64,000 nucleotides of DNA, taken from positions 177,506,001 through 177,570,000 of the forward strand of contig NC_091990.1 of the NCBI RefSeq assembly GCF_044704955.1. Direction: 5' to 3'. A program made the translations under genes and the position numbers. The notes beneath the pieces are model-generated. The model did no database searches and was not told the origin of the DNA. It saw nothing but the letters and a program-made list of their open reading frames with translations. Source of the stretch: Pristiophorus japonicus (lineage: Eukaryota). Numbering within the stretch: the first letter of the stretch is position 1; each line of letters starts with the position of its first letter. Positions 63,461-64,000 of the stretch are shown here, piece after piece.

Positions 63461-63821
63461 GTAAGACTCCTCTTCACATCTCACGACCTCGGAATACAGC
63501 CCTGGAATACCACACTTTTTCCCAGCACTGCCAATCCTTCTCCCCTCCCCGACACATGCCTCTCCTTCAATCATAATGGCACACTTTACTGCACCTCCTT
63601 CTTTGTACACACGCACACGGAATACCTGCTGACGCCTTCCAAAAGCAGAAACAAACAATCTGCTTTTATTTCGATTAGACTTGGGTAAAGTTCACATTTC
63701 TGTTTAGCTCTGTGATACTTCACATTGCATACACTTTCTTTCAACAATCTTGTGCACGTTTGCTGCTTCTTCCTCTCAGCATGCATCTGATGCCAAGCTG
63801 CCTCAGAAACTTTTCACATAA

Positions 63822-64000
63822 CAACATAAGAAATAGGAGCAGGAATAGGCCATTTAGCCCCTCGAGCCTGCTCCACCATTTAATAAGATCATGACTGATC
63901 TGATCATGGACTCAGCTCCACTTCCCTGCCCACTCCCCATAACCCTTTATTCCCTTAGCGCTCAAAAATCTGTCTATCTCCGCCTTAAATATATTCAATG
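63822..64000 (-). mobile_element. CR1 LINE 3' end, continuing past the window
   Basis: aacataagaaataggagcagga...CTCAGCTCCACTTCCC, as in the other CR1 3' UTRs. Confidence 0.88.

Overview
Repeat-rich vertebrate genomic DNA. The CR1, L2, RTE and Penelope elements, Deu-domain and tRNA-headed SINEs, and PIF/Harbinger relics point to a cartilaginous fish (shark); this is inferred from repeat content. Most ORFs in the supplied track are TE-derived or spurious. The real host content is a chain of minus-strand exons that I located by hand from AG/GT boundaries. All are phase 1-1 and in frame, in this order: IgV (62413-62078), IgC1 (55117-54797) and TM (52679-52578), matching B7-H6/NCR3LG1. Then come three 93/93/105-nt exons in a ~3-kb triplication (40076, 37069, 34132), and two 426-nt Ig-like exons lacking the canonical Cys/Trp (15046, 11722). 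Last is an array of 168-nt exons in a ~1.8-kb tandem repeat (9019, 7213, 2241 and 145 open; 2802 a pseudoexon) that runs off the window start. If these form one transcript, the product is a B7-H6-like protein with ~600 aa or more of modular, exon-duplicated, fast-evolving sequence after the TM. The leader exon and terminal exon were not found in the window. Exon linkage is inferred from strand and phase, not from transcript data. TE boundaries are approximate.
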